In this document: piece by piece, positions 10,181 to 19,732 of the stretch
How the letters are laid out: each line of letters opens with the position of its first letter
Position numbering within the stretch: position 1 is the first letter of the stretch
Source: Terriglobia bacterium
GTDB lineage: Bacteria; Acidobacteriota; Polarisedimenticolia; Polarisedimenticolales; JAIQFR01
Direction: 5' to 3'
Length of the DNA: 64,000 bases
Assembly (NCBI GenBank): GCA_963748015.1
Contig: CAVVHE010000004.1
Coordinates: 1,248,001-1,312,000, forward strand
The notes under the pieces: model-generated
The model's input: the letters and a program-made list of their open reading frames with translations, nothing else
Told to the model about the DNA's origin: nothing
Databases searched by the model: none
Translations under genes and position numbers: made by a program

Positions 10181-10801
10181 CTAGGACGGGGCCGGGAATG
10201 TGGCCAGCGTTCTCTCCGCGTCGGCCCGGAGCCGGGCGACGCGCCTCCTCTCGGCCGTCACGATGGAGCGTAGATCCTCCACCGCCTGCTCCAGCCGGTC
10301 GTTGATCACCAGGTAATCATAATGCCGGTACTCGCCGGCTTCCTGCCTCGCCAAAGCCAGGCGCCCGCGAATCTGCGCCTCGTCGTCGCTCGCCCGCGAG
10401 CGGAGCCGGTGCTCGAGGGTGGCGTAGTCCGGGGGTAGAAGGAAGACCGACACCGAGGCGATCCCGCTCTCGCGAACCTTCCTGGCTCCCTGGACGTCGA
10501 TGTCCAGGAGGAGGTCCCGTCCCGCCTCGAGCGCCGTCTCGCTCGCCTCCCGCCCGGTCCCGTAGCGGTGGCCGAAGACGTGGGCCCATTCGAGGAACCC
10601 GCCCCCGGCCGCCATGGCGTCGAACTTCCCCTCGTCCACGAAGTGGTACTCGCGCCCGTCCTGCTCGCCGGCGCGCCGTGGGCGCGTCGTGTAGGAAACC
10701 GAGAACCCGATTCCGTCCACGCTGGCGAGGAGGCGCTTCGCGACACTCGACTTCCCCGTGCCCGACGGGGCCGAGATCACGAACAGGATGCCTCGCGCCA
10801 C
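10181..10801 (-). CDS. gmk: Guanylate kinase
   Basis: SAPSGTGKSS, SVSYTTRPRR.GE.DGREYHFV, FLEWA.V.G..YGT, LDIDVQGA. Confidence 0.96.
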   Translation of the reverse strand: MARGILFVISAPSGTGKSSVAKRLLASVDGIGFSVSYTTRPRRAGEQDGREYHFVDEGKFDAMAAGGGFLEWAHVFGHRYGTGREASETALEAGRDLLLDIDVQGARKVRESGIASVSVFLLPPDYATLEHRLRSRASDDEAQIRGRLALARQEAGEYRHYDYLVINDRLEQAVEDLRSIVTAERRRVARLRADAERTLATFPAPS

Positions 10802-10813
10802 CTCGTCTCCTCC

Positions 10814-11698
10814 TCACTCGAGGTTCTGGATCTGCTCGCGCACTTTCTCGGCCTCCGACTTGAGGGCGAGTACGACGCGGCTGACCGAAAGATCGGCGGA
10901 CTTGCTGTTGACCGTGTTGGTCTCGCGGTTGACTTCCTGGAGGAGGAAGTCGAGACGCTTGCCGACCGGCTCGCCGTCCGGCTCGGAGAGCAGGGCGGCC
11001 ACCTGGGAGAGGTGGCCCGAGAGCCTCACCAGCTCCTCGGTGACGTCCGCGCGGTCGGCGAGGTACGCAGCCTCCTGCGCGAGCCGGGCGGGATCGAGCT
11101 CCACCCCCTCCGCCAGCGTCCTGAGCCGCTCGAGCAGACGCTGCCTGAGCATCCCCGGAACCGCCGCGGAGAGGCGCCTCAGCTCGACCGCCAGCTCGTC
11201 CATCCTGGCGACTCGAGCGCGGAGGTCGTCCCGGAGCGCTTCCCCTTCGCGGCGCCGCTCCGCGTCGAGCGCGTCGAGCGCGACGTCGAGCGCCCGGAAG
11301 GCCGTGGCGATCTCCTCCTCTCCGAACCCCCCGGCGCCTTCCGCGGGCTGGAGCATTCCCTGGACCTGGAGCATCGCCCGGAGGTCGAGAGCGCCCTCCG
11401 CCCCGAAATCCTCCCGAAGCTGGCGGGCGGCCGCCACGACCGCCTCGGCGAGCGAGCGGTTCAGGGAGAGCGCGGGGGCCACCCTCGTTCCCTCGATCCG
11501 GAGGTCGGCCTCTACGCGCCCGCGCCGGACCCGCGCGAGGATTCGGCCGCGGATCTCCCCCTCGCGGCGCGCGAGCTCGGCGGGAAGCCGCAGCTTCAGG
11601 TCCGCGAACCGGTTGTTCAGGGTGCGGATCTCCGCGCGGGCGCGAAATCCCGCGATCTCGGCGGAGCCTTGCCCGTAACCGGTCATGGAGCGGATCAT
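10814..11698 (-). CDS. yicC: YicC/YloC family endoribonuclease
   Basis: MIRSMTGYG start at 11698, NNRF.D, RRGRVE, EELVRL.GH, GKRLDFLLQEVNRETNT..SK, EKVREQIQNLE. Confidence 0.94.
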   Translation of the reverse strand: MIRSMTGYGQGSAEIAGFRARAEIRTLNNRFADLKLRLPAELARREGEIRGRILARVRRGRVEADLRIEGTRVAPALSLNRSLAEAVVAAARQLREDFGAEGALDLRAMLQVQGMLQPAEGAGGFGEEEIATAFRALDVALDALDAERRREGEALRDDLRARVARMDELAVELRRLSAAVPGMLRQRLLERLRTLAEGVELDPARLAQEAAYLADRADVTEELVRLSGHLSQVAALLSEPDGEPVGKRLDFLLQEVNRETNTVNSKSADLSVSRVVLALKSEAEKVREQIQNLE

Positions 11699-12018
11699 GG
11701 CGGAGATGGCCCTCGCGGGTCCGGACCCGGACCTACCCGCAAAGCGCGCATTGGAGCACATCGCCCGCGCAAAGTCAACGGATCCAAGGCGTTACCCGCG
11801 CGCGGCGCACCCGCTCGGGCAGCAGCCGGAGCCGTTCGGGAAGGCCCTCCGCCACGAGGAAATTTCGGCCGAGGTACACGAGGAGGTCGCGAGGATCGTA
11901 CGGTCGGCGGGCTAGGCCAGCGCGTCGAGGGGCGACGAACTCGGCGTCCCGGCGAGCCGGTCCCCGGCATGCTCCCACAGACAGCGCTCCATCCCCGCCT
12001 CGCGAGACGCCCCACCGC

Positions 12019-13173
12019 TCATGCGGGCTCCGCCTCGTCGAGCACCGCTCGGGCGGCCCTGTCGAACACCCCCGGCCCGCCGAGGCGCGATGGGATCTCT
12101 TCGAGGGCGTGCCGCACCCGCTCCGCCTCCCCCGGACGGTCGAGAAACGCGGCGAGCGCTTCCGCGATGCGTGGACCGGAGCATTCGCGCTGGATCAGCT
12201 CGGGCACGACGGCCCGTCCGAGGACGAGGTTCGGCAGCGCGATGTGCTCCACGCGGACCAGGAGCCTGGCAAGGAGGTAGGTCAGCGGGTGGAGGCGGTA
12301 CACGGCCACGATCGGCAAGCCCGCCAGCGCCGCCTCGAGCGTCGCGGTTCCCGACGCCACCGCCCCGGCCGCGCACGCCCGGAGGATCGCCGGGTAATGC
12401 CCGTCGAGGATCGCGACCCGATCGAGCCCCGACCGCCTCGCCTCGTCCTCGAGGCACCCCCGCGGAACCGTCGCGGCGCGCGGCACGACGAACGCGAGGT
12501 CCGGGTGCCGCGCGCGGAGGATTACCGCGGCCTCGAGCATGCTCGAGAAGTGTCGGGCGATCTCCCCCGGGCGGCTTCCCGGAAGGAGGGCGACGGCGCG
12601 GCGAGCCGGATCGAGCCCCGCCGCGGAGAGGGACGTCACGCGGCTCTCCCCGGCCGCCGCGGCGGCCGCCTCCGCGGCCGGATGGCCGACGAACGTCACG
12701 GGAATCCCCGCGTCGTCGTAGAAACGGGCCTCGAACGGGTAGAGCACGAGCATGCGGCGCACCGTCCGGCGGATGGTCTTCACGCGGCCGCGGCGCCACG
12801 CCCACACGGACGGACTGACGAAGTAGACCACGGGCACGCCCGCCCGCCGGACCCTCGACGCGAGACGGAGGTTGAAGTCGGGGAAGTCCACCGGGACGAC
12901 GACGTCGGGGCGCTCGCGCTCGACCGTCTCGACCAGCCGGGCCATCGCCCGGCGGATCGCGGGAAGGTGCCGCAGCACCTCGACGATGCCGACCACCGAA
13001 ACGTCCGAGAGATGCTGCACGAGCCGGACGCCGGAAGCGGCCATCTCGTCGCCGCCCATGCCCAGCAGCTCCACGTCCGGCCGGAGCCGGCGCAGCGCGT
13101 GCGCGAGCCCGGCGCCGAGGCGGTCTCCCGAGGCCTCTCCGGCGGAGAGGAGGACCCGGAGCCGCCGCGTCAT
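12019..13173 (-). CDS. lpxB: Lipid-A-disaccharide synthase
   Basis: AGEASGD.LG, VDFPDFNLRLA, YFVSPSVWAWR.GR, FVGHP, LLPGSR..EI, SGTATLE, LPNL. Confidence 0.96.
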   Translation of the reverse strand: MTRRLRVLLSAGEASGDRLGAGLAHALRRLRPDVELLGMGGDEMAASGVRLVQHLSDVSVVGIVEVLRHLPAIRRAMARLVETVERERPDVVVPVDFPDFNLRLASRVRRAGVPVVYFVSPSVWAWRRGRVKTIRRTVRRMLVLYPFEARFYDDAGIPVTFVGHPAAEAAAAAAGESRVTSLSAAGLDPARRAVALLPGSRPGEIARHFSSMLEAAVILRARHPDLAFVVPRAATVPRGCLEDEARRSGLDRVAILDGHYPAILRACAAGAVASGTATLEAALAGLPIVAVYRLHPLTYLLARLLVRVEHIALPNLVLGRAVVPELIQRECSGPRIAEALAAFLDRPGEAERVRHALEEIPSRLGGPGVFDRAARAVLDEAEPA

Positions 13174-13865
13174 GCGGGGACCGCGGCGGGACGGGGCTCC
13201 TCGCGACCGATCCCCAGCTCCTCGTCGAGCGCGTCTGTCAGACGGTCGAGATCCGCCTCGACGAGCAGCCGGAGCCGCTCCGCCGCCGCGTCCTCCGTGT
13301 CGCGAGGGACCGCGATCGGGGCCCCGTAGAGGAACACGCCGCGGGAGAACAACCGGGGAATCAGCGTCCGGTCCCAGGATCGGAGCCGCCGCGCGGGAGC
13401 GGCCGAGAACGCGACCGGTACGATGGGAAGACCGGCAAGCCTCGCGGTCACGATCACGCCCGGCTTCACCCTGCGGCGAGGTCCTTTCGGCCCGTCCGGT
13501 GTGATGCCGACGTCGTAGCCGCGCTTCACCTTTCTCAGGATGTCGAGGAGGGCCTCGGCACCCCCCCGCGTGCTGGATCCCCTCGAGATCTCGAGCCCGA
13601 AGCGCACGAGGATCCTGTTGAGCATCTCGGCGTCGCGGTGGCGGCTCGAGAGCACCGTGAGTCGCGGTCCCGGATAGGAGTACGGCATCATCAGAAAGCG
13701 CGCGTGCCAGAAGGCGAGAATGAAGCCGCCCGCGTCCTTGCGGGCCTGCTCGAGGTGCTCCCTCCCCCGGAACTCGACGCGCATCGTCGCGTGCAGCAGC
13801 CGGATGTAGAGGTGTCCCGCGGGCGGGACGAAAGTCAGCATGAGACGTTCGGTCCAGGGATTCAC
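13170..13865 (-). CDS. DUF374 / LpxJ-like lysophospholipid acyltransferase family protein
   Basis: C-terminal part of ORF 13170..15416: FWHAR, SRHRDAE, RGSSTRGG..AL, ITPDGPKGP, SWDR..IP..FSR. GTG at 13865; stop overlaps the lpxB start. Confidence 0.88.
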   Translation of the reverse strand: MNPWTERLMLTFVPPAGHLYIRLLHATMRVEFRGREHLEQARKDAGGFILAFWHARFLMMPYSYPGPRLTVLSSRHRDAEMLNRILVRFGLEISRGSSTRGGAEALLDILRKVKRGYDVGITPDGPKGPRRRVKPGVIVTARLAGLPIVPVAFSAAPARRLRSWDRTLIPRLFSRGVFLYGAPIAVPRDTEDAAAERLRLLVEADLDRLTDALDEELGIGREEPRPAAVPA

Positions 13866-13891
13866 CGGTGCCCCTTTCCCGAGCGCGAAGT

Positions 13892-15391
13892 CTAGCCCGG
13901 ACCGGAGCCGGCGCGGAAGGCCGCCTCGACGTTCCCCTTCCAGCCGAAGTGCGCGCGGAAGCGGAAGAGGGTCTCCGGCGGAAGGGCGCCCAGCGGCCCG
14001 TTCCACGCCTCGAGATCGGAGACGACGTCGATGTCGGCGCGATCGACGGTGGTGATCGGCCGCCCGCGGGAGAGGAAGGCCTGGCGGACCACCGGGAGGC
14101 GATCCAAGTCGAAGCCCATCAGCACGGCGCACACGGCGTCCACCACCGCCGGATCGGTTCCGACGAGCACGACCCCGGCCTCGACCGGATCGGGGTTCAT
14201 CGGGCCGCTGCCGTCGCCGCCGACGATCCCGTCCACCACGCTCAGGTAGCGCTTCCGATTCCCGGCGAGGGGCGGCGCGAGGCTGCCGTCCTGACGGCCG
14301 TAGAGAAGCACCTTGTTCAGGTCGAGGCACATCCTCCAGGTCGTGTCGTTGCCGTACCAGTTCCCGCTGCGCACCACCGTCTCGGTGTCGCCGAAAGCCG
14401 TCTTGCCGAGCCGCTTCGCCCGGAGGAACAGGCGCGGCCCCACGTACGGGAACCGCAGCGCGATCGCCCGGAGGAATCGCACTCCCCGGCGCTCGATCCG
14501 CCGGCGGAGGGTGGATTCGGGGATCTCGTCGCCCCCCGACGCCGGGTCTCCCTCCGTGTGGTGGGGCAGCCAGTTCTTGTCGCCGTTGATGCCGACGAGG
14601 TTCTTCAGGTTGCAGGTGATGCCCGTCTTCTTGTGGGTCTTCATCTTCGGCAGGTTGATGAAGACGTCGGCCCGGATCGCGCTGCCGCTCACCAGGTACT
14701 CGTGACGGCCGGAGGCATGATGCGCGTTGACCTCCGACGTCGCGTAGTCCGCCCCGTAGTAGCGCCCCTCGCCGGCATGGCCGGCGAACTCGCTTTCCGA
14801 TCCGAGGTCGAACGCGACGTATCCCCTCGGGTCGCCCTCGAGGTCGAGCCGATCGAGGATCACGCCGTCCTGGTGTTTCCATTCCTGGCGCCTCAGGTCC
14901 ACCAGCTCGAAATCCACTCCGCGGCTCGCGTAGTAGGCGGCGATCTCGTCGAGCTTCAGCTGGCCCACGATGCGCGCCCAGGAGGAATCGGTCTGTGGAG
15001 CGTCCGCGAGCCAGATTCTCCCGCGTCCGCCGAGGGCGAGGGCGACGTAGTCGGCCACCGCGCGAATGACGCTGCCGTGAGTCATCACGTAGCGCCAGCC
15101 CTCGGGGTCCCTCGGGTGCCCTTCCTTGACCAGATTCGGCTTGAGCAGCACCTTGTCTCCCGGGCGGACGAAGGAGGAGAGCGGGTTCCACTTGGCGCTT
15201 CCGAATCGCGTTGCGTCGAATCCCGCGAGGCGGAACCCCCGCCGGACGGCGTCGTAGGCCTCGTTCGGCTCCGACCCCACGTCGTCGAACGGCGCCTCGG
15301 GATAGCGGACTCCGGGGTGGAACGGCGGCGTGTCGGGATAGCGCGCCCGCGGGGTCCTGGCGACGGCGACGCGTCGGTCCGTTGTGGACAT
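13892..15391 (-). CDS. DUF362 domain-containing protein
   Basis: PGDKVLLKPNLV, INLPKMKTHKKTGIT..LKNLVG, VVDGIVGGDG.GP, DP..VD. Confidence 0.85.
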   Translation of the reverse strand: MSTTDRRVAVARTPRARYPDTPPFHPGVRYPEAPFDDVGSEPNEAYDAVRRGFRLAGFDATRFGSAKWNPLSSFVRPGDKVLLKPNLVKEGHPRDPEGWRYVMTHGSVIRAVADYVALALGGRGRIWLADAPQTDSSWARIVGQLKLDEIAAYYASRGVDFELVDLRRQEWKHQDGVILDRLDLEGDPRGYVAFDLGSESEFAGHAGEGRYYGADYATSEVNAHHASGRHEYLVSGSAIRADVFINLPKMKTHKKTGITCNLKNLVGINGDKNWLPHHTEGDPASGGDEIPESTLRRRIERRGVRFLRAIALRFPYVGPRLFLRAKRLGKTAFGDTETVVRSGNWYGNDTTWRMCLDLNKVLLYGRQDGSLAPPLAGNRKRYLSVVDGIVGGDGSGPMNPDPVEAGVVLVGTDPAVVDAVCAVLMGFDLDRLPVVRQAFLSRGRPITTVDRADIDVVSDLEAWNGPLGALPPETLFRFRAHFGWKGNVEAAFRAGSGPG

Positions 15392-15398
15392 GCCAGCG

Positions 15399-15404
15399 AT
15401 TATA
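15399..15404 (-). promoter_or_regulatory. Consensus -10 box TATAAT 7 nt before the DUF362 ATG (probable leaderless mRNA)
   Basis: Minus strand reads GGTCCC-TATAAT-CGCTGGC-ATG with no SD sequence. Confidence 0.55.
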
Positions 15405-15468
15405 GGGACCGGTCACGCGGGCTGCCAGAGAAGCCGCGGCCGCCGAGCCTGGTCGCCCGGGACGTCCC

Positions 15469-16926
15469 GTGCAAGAATGGCCCGGCTCCCAGGAGGCCCC
15501 GTTGGATCGGGAACGCCACCAATCGAGGCACGCGGCCCCGCCGGGGGTCTCGCGGCTCGCCAGGTTGTACGCCCGGCTTCCCGCCGTGGCCCAAACCCTC
15601 GCCGTTTCCCTCGAAGGCTGGCGGTTGCAGCGCGAGCGCCGCAGCGGCAGCTTTCGCGAGAGGCTCGACGGGTATCTCGCCAGGCGCGCGGGATCGGAGG
15701 ACGAGATCCTCGCGGTCCGGCGGGAGCGCCTGCGGGCGGTCCTTCGTCACGCGGCGCGCGAGATCCCTTACTGGCGCGAGACGTTTCGCGACGCGGGTCT
15801 CGACCCGGAGCGCGTCGACGGTCCCGACGATCTCCGCCCGCTGCCCGTCCTCACCAAGACCGAGATCCTGAGGCTCGGCCGCGCGCTGCACTGGGAAGCG
15901 GCGAGGAAGAGCGAGATCCGGTCCGTCCACACCAGCGGGACGACCGGGGCCGGCCTGGTCTTTCCGACGACCCTCGACGCGATCCGCGATCAGTGGGCCG
16001 TCTGGTGGAGCTACCGGATCCGGCACGGCCTCGCCCTCGGTGATTGGATGTGCACCTTCGGCGGGAGGGTCGTCGTTCCCGGCTCGGCCGGCAGCCCTCC
16101 GTATCGACGCGTGAACTACCCGGGCCGTCAGGTGCTGTACAGCCAGTACCACCTGAACGCCCGGACGGTCCGCTGGTACCTCGACGACCTGAGATCGTCG
16201 GGCCACCGCTGGTTCCACGGCTACCCGTCGACGCTCTCCTACCTCGCGAACCTCGCGAGCGAGCACCCTCGGCCGCTCTGGCCGCGTCCGGCCGTGGTCA
16301 CGCTCGGCGCGGAGAACCTCCTGACGGCGCAGCGGCGGGCGATTCGGGACGTATTCGGGGTGTCGCCGGTCCAGCACTACGGGCTCGCCGAGGCGGTCGC
16401 GAACGCGTCCGAGTGCCCCGAAGGCCGCCTCCACGTCGACGAGGACTTCGCAGCGGTGGAGTTCCTCCCGGCGGGCAATGGCGCCTACCGCATCGTCGGG
16501 ACGTGCTTCGAGAACCTCGCGATGCCGTTCATTCGCTACGACACCGGAGACGTCGCGAGGCTGTACGAGGGGCGCTGCCCTTGCGGCGTGCCGGGCCGCG
16601 TGATCGAGAGCATCGACGGCCGCCAGGAGGAGATGATCGCCCTGTCGGACGGGACCAAGGTGGGGCGCCTCGATCACCTCTTCAAGGACCTGGTGAACAT
16701 CTGCGAGGCGCAGATCGAGCAGGACCGCCCGGGACGCTGCGTCATCCGAGTCGTCCCGAGGAGCACGTTCGGCCCTTCGGACGTTCAGGCGCTCCTGGCG
16801 GAATGCCGCGAGAAGTTCGGCGACCGCCTCGAGGTCCGCATCGAGACCGTCGAATCGCTCCCGCGCCGGCCCGGCGGAAAGCTGCGGCTCGTCGTCGGCC
16901 CGGGCAGCGGCGAAGACCGGTCCTGA
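15469..16926 (+). CDS. Phenylacetate-CoA ligase / CapK-like adenylate-forming enzyme
   Basis: P-loop HTSGTTG, LPVLTK, YGLAE, MPFIRYDTGD, IDGR. Start codon uncertain. Confidence 0.85.
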   Translation: MQEWPGSQEAPLDRERHQSRHAAPPGVSRLARLYARLPAVAQTLAVSLEGWRLQRERRSGSFRERLDGYLARRAGSEDEILAVRRERLRAVLRHAAREIPYWRETFRDAGLDPERVDGPDDLRPLPVLTKTEILRLGRALHWEAARKSEIRSVHTSGTTGAGLVFPTTLDAIRDQWAVWWSYRIRHGLALGDWMCTFGGRVVVPGSAGSPPYRRVNYPGRQVLYSQYHLNARTVRWYLDDLRSSGHRWFHGYPSTLSYLANLASEHPRPLWPRPAVVTLGAENLLTAQRRAIRDVFGVSPVQHYGLAEAVANASECPEGRLHVDEDFAAVEFLPAGNGAYRIVGTCFENLAMPFIRYDTGDVARLYEGRCPCGVPGRVIESIDGRQEEMIALSDGTKVGRLDHLFKDLVNICEAQIEQDRPGRCVIRVVPRSTFGPSDVQALLAECREKFGDRLEVRIETVESLPRRPGGKLRLVVGPGSGEDRS

Positions 16927-16936
16927 CGGGCGGGTA

Positions 16937-18181
16937 TCAGCCCGCCCCCCCCTTCCGCTCGCGTAGCAACTCCTCGAGGATGGCCACGTATCTCGCGGCC
17001 AGGGCCGATCGGGAGTAGTGAGTCTCGACGTACGCGCGGCCCTTCTCCCCCATCCGCCGGCAGAGCTCGGGATCGTCCGCGAGACGGACGATCGCGTCGC
17101 GGAGGGCCCCGGCGGACTCGGGCTCGATGGACAGCCCCGCGCCCGCCTCGTCGAGGAGCTCCTTCGCCTCCCCCTCCACGCTGAGGAGGATCGGGCGGGC
17201 CATTCCCATGATCTCGAACATCTTCGAGGGAAGCACCGCCTGGAACAGCGGCGTCTTGCGGAGGGGCACCAGGCACGCGTCCGACGCCTGATAGAACGCC
17301 GGAAGCGCCGTGCGCGGCTGCTGCTCCACGAAATCGACGTTCCTGAGGCCCATTTCCCGGTGGCGGGCGACCAGGCGCTCCTTCTCCGCCCCGTCGCCGA
17401 CCAGCAGGAAGCGGACGCCGCCGCGGTCCTTGAGGAGCGCGGCGGCGTCGAGCATCGTGTCGAGCGCGTGCGCCATCCCGTGGGTCCCGACGTAGGACAC
17501 GAGGAAACCCCCGTCCGGGACGTACCGCCGGCGCACCTCGTTGTCCTGCGGCCCGGGACGGAAGAAGTCGAGGTCGACGCCGTTGGGGACCACGGCCATC
17601 TTGCCCGGGTCGAAACCCCGCTCGGCGAGGATCCTGGGGGTCGAGCGGGCCACCGCGACGATCCTGGCGGCGCGACGGTAGAGGAACCCCTCGACGCGCC
17701 GCAGTCCTCCGATCACCGCGCGGTTGCGAATGGCCTCCACCGCCTCGATGGAGTCAGGCCACAGGTCGCGGACCTCGAAGACGAAAGGACGCCGCAGCAA
17801 CCGCGACGCGGCGTATCCCGCCACCGCCACGAAGAACTGCGGCGAGGTCGCGATGACCACGTCGCACGTCCGGACCGCCGGCACTCCGAGCGCGACCGAG
17901 GTCATCATGAACGAGGCGTAGTTGAGGATTCTCCGGGTGGTCCCCTTGTTGGCGGCGGCGTAGAGCCACGTCCGCACCACCTCGATCCCGTCCTTCCGCT
18001 CCCGCTGAAACACCTTTCCCCGGTACTCCGGCGGGATCACGCCGGTGGGATGGTTGGGAAAGCCGGTGACCACCGTGACGCGGTGCCCGAGTCGGACCCA
18101 TTCCCGGCTCAGCTCGTGGACTCGCGCGGCGGGGGCGCCCATCTCCGGAGGGAAATAGTGCGAAAGGTAGAGTACGTGCAT
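16937..18181 (-). CDS. Glycosyltransferase family 4 (WbuB-like)
   Basis: MHVLYLSHYFPPE.GA, GFPNHP.G, ATSPQFF, FEVRDLWPDS, VPNGVD, YVGTHGMAH.L, PSKMFE.M..ARP. Confidence 0.92.
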   Translation of the reverse strand: MHVLYLSHYFPPEMGAPAARVHELSREWVRLGHRVTVVTGFPNHPTGVIPPEYRGKVFQRERKDGIEVVRTWLYAAANKGTTRRILNYASFMMTSVALGVPAVRTCDVVIATSPQFFVAVAGYAASRLLRRPFVFEVRDLWPDSIEAVEAIRNRAVIGGLRRVEGFLYRRAARIVAVARSTPRILAERGFDPGKMAVVPNGVDLDFFRPGPQDNEVRRRYVPDGGFLVSYVGTHGMAHALDTMLDAAALLKDRGGVRFLLVGDGAEKERLVARHREMGLRNVDFVEQQPRTALPAFYQASDACLVPLRKTPLFQAVLPSKMFEIMGMARPILLSVEGEAKELLDEAGAGLSIEPESAGALRDAIVRLADDPELCRRMGEKGRAYVETHYSRSALAARYVAILEELLRERKGGAG

Positions 18182-19643
18182 GGCGGCCGACAAAGCTACG
18201 GTCATGAGGGAGGCGTGTCAAGAACGGGCGGGGGCGGGATGCGGCCGGCGGCCGCCGCCGGCAGGAGCGCTCGCGCGTAATGGCGAAGAGGATCACGCAC
18301 TTGATGGTGATGTGCAAGCCGTAGAAGAGGCACGTGACCCACGCCGCGCCCAAGAGCCCGAACCGTGGGATGAGCAACGCCGACGCCGTCAGCATCGCAG
18401 CCCCGATCCCGACCCCGAGCAGAACCTGCAGCTTAAGGAATCGGGCGGCCGTGAGCCCGTACGTGAGGAACCCGGACACGAACGCGGTACCGGCGGCCAG
18501 CATCAGCCAGCTGAAGATCTGCGACCGGTCGGCGTACTCTTGGGTGTACGCGATACGGAGGATCTGCCTGCCGAAGCCCAGCGTCACGAGCAGCGCGAGC
18601 GCGCCACCCATCGCGCTCGCGCCCGCGAGCCGAAGCACGAGCCACCGGAAAGCGCGGAAGTTCCCCGACGCGTAGTGGCGCGCCAGCCTGGGGCTGGCCG
18701 ACTGGCCCAGTGCGGTCGAAACCGTCGCCCCCAACATGATGAAATAGGCCAGTGCCGCGAAGATCCCCAGCTCGTGCTCGCCCAGCACCGACTCGATGAA
18801 GTAACGGGGGATGTTGGCGTTCAGCGACGTGAGCATCGCGGCGACGCCGAGCGGCGCCGCGAGCCAGGCGAGCCGCAACGTGACGCGGCTAGCGGGCAAG
18901 CGGGCCTCCGGACCGGACCGGGGGACCGGCGCCGAGGCTTCCGCGTCCCCCGCTTGTCGAGCCCTGAGCAGCGCGCGGGCGTTGGCCGCGTCGTAGGAGA
19001 TGAGGAGCAGGCCCCAGGCCAGACAAAGCCCTACCACGCCCCAGACGATGGACGCGGATAGATAGAGGCCGGTCGCCAGCGCGGGGAGGGAAAGGGACCC
19101 CTTGAGAACGAGCGACTTCGCAACGCGGTCCATTCGCTCGTTCTTCTGGAAGAACCCGTAGAGGATGTCGCTCGCCGACTCGACGCCCTTGGCGACCGCC
19201 AGCAGTACGATGACGATCCGAGTCCTCCGCTCGAAGTGGGCGATGAGCGCGATCCCGGCGACGACGAGCAGGAACAGTGCGATCGTGAAGAGACGGAGCC
19301 GCACGTAGTCCCGGAATCGGTATTGCTGCCTGGCATCGGTCGCCTGGACCGAGCGGAGATCGAGATTCGCGAAGAGGATCGCGGGGGAGCAGATAGCAAG
19401 CGCGAGAGCGAACGCCCCCACCTGTTCGGGGCTGCCGAGCTTGGCGATGACGACGAGCATGCCCCACTGGCACGCCGCGTAGTAGGCGTTTCCCACGAAG
19501 GTCCACGTGAAGTTTCGGCGGAGCGAGAGGGGGGCGGTGGAGGATCGCAGGGCGGGCGCTCCTACTCGCGGGTTTCGTGCGAGGCCGCCATCGAGAAACC
19601 CTCGTGGAGAGGACCCCGATCGCCGGGTTCCAGGAAGGGCCAT
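17754..19643 (-). CDS. wzx: Polysaccharide flippase (Wzx/MATE-like); true 3' end probably near 18200
   Basis: SLRRNFTWTFVGN.YYAACQW, G.FALALA, multiple TM helices, NIPRYFIE..LG..ELGIF. The ORF tail after about 18270 is non-membrane-like and runs into the GT4 gene. Confidence 0.8.
   Translation of the reverse strand: MALPGTRRSGSSPRGFLDGGLARNPRVGAPALRSSTAPLSLRRNFTWTFVGNAYYAACQWGMLVVIAKLGSPEQVGAFALALAICSPAILFANLDLRSVQATDARQQYRFRDYVRLRLFTIALFLLVVAGIALIAHFERRTRIVIVLLAVAKGVESASDILYGFFQKNERMDRVAKSLVLKGSLSLPALATGLYLSASIVWGVVGLCLAWGLLLISYDAANARALLRARQAGDAEASAPVPRSGPEARLPASRVTLRLAWLAAPLGVAAMLTSLNANIPRYFIESVLGEHELGIFAALAYFIMLGATVSTALGQSASPRLARHYASGNFRAFRWLVLRLAGASAMGGALALLVTLGFGRQILRIAYTQEYADRSQIFSWLMLAAGTAFVSGFLTYGLTAARFLKLQVLLGVGIGAAMLTASALLIPRFGLLGAAWVTCLFYGLHITIKCVILFAITRERSCRRRPPAASRPRPFLTRLPHDRSFVGRHARTLPFALFPSGDGRPRRASPRAEPGMGPTRAPRHGGHRLSQPSHRRDPAGVPGKGVSAGAEGRDRGGADVALRRRQQGDHPENPQLRLVHDDLGRARSAGGPDVRRGHRDLAAVLRGGGGIRRVAVAAASFRLRGPRPVA
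18193..18221 (-). promoter_or_regulatory. Putative sigma70 promoter TTGACA-N17-TAGCTT for the GT4 gene
   Basis: Perfect -35 at 18221-18216, -10 at 18198-18193, ATG 11 nt downstream. Confidence 0.6.
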
Positions 19644-19732
19644 GATAGCGCAGGCGCGGAGGTGCGGGCGACGGAAAAGGTCGCGTCTGGTGGTCTTCCT
19701 CCTCTCCGGACGCTACTATTACCCTGTCCCCC

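Noticed and set aside
11775..12022. Small minus-strand ORFs between lpxB and yicC (36 aa ending in TAG at 11912; 67 aa at 11775..11978), and possible TAG read-through into a Cys-containing peptide
   Set aside because: No recognisable motif or clear RBS, and no recoding signal or pyrrolysine genes in the window. It could be a gene remnant, but I cannot support that.
17754..18270. Apparent ~430-nt overlap of the first wzx with the GT4 gene, suggesting a fusion or overlapping gene
   Set aside because: The tail is low-complexity, and a neighbouring frame stops at about 18202 near a good promoter. A missed stop from an indel error is more likely.
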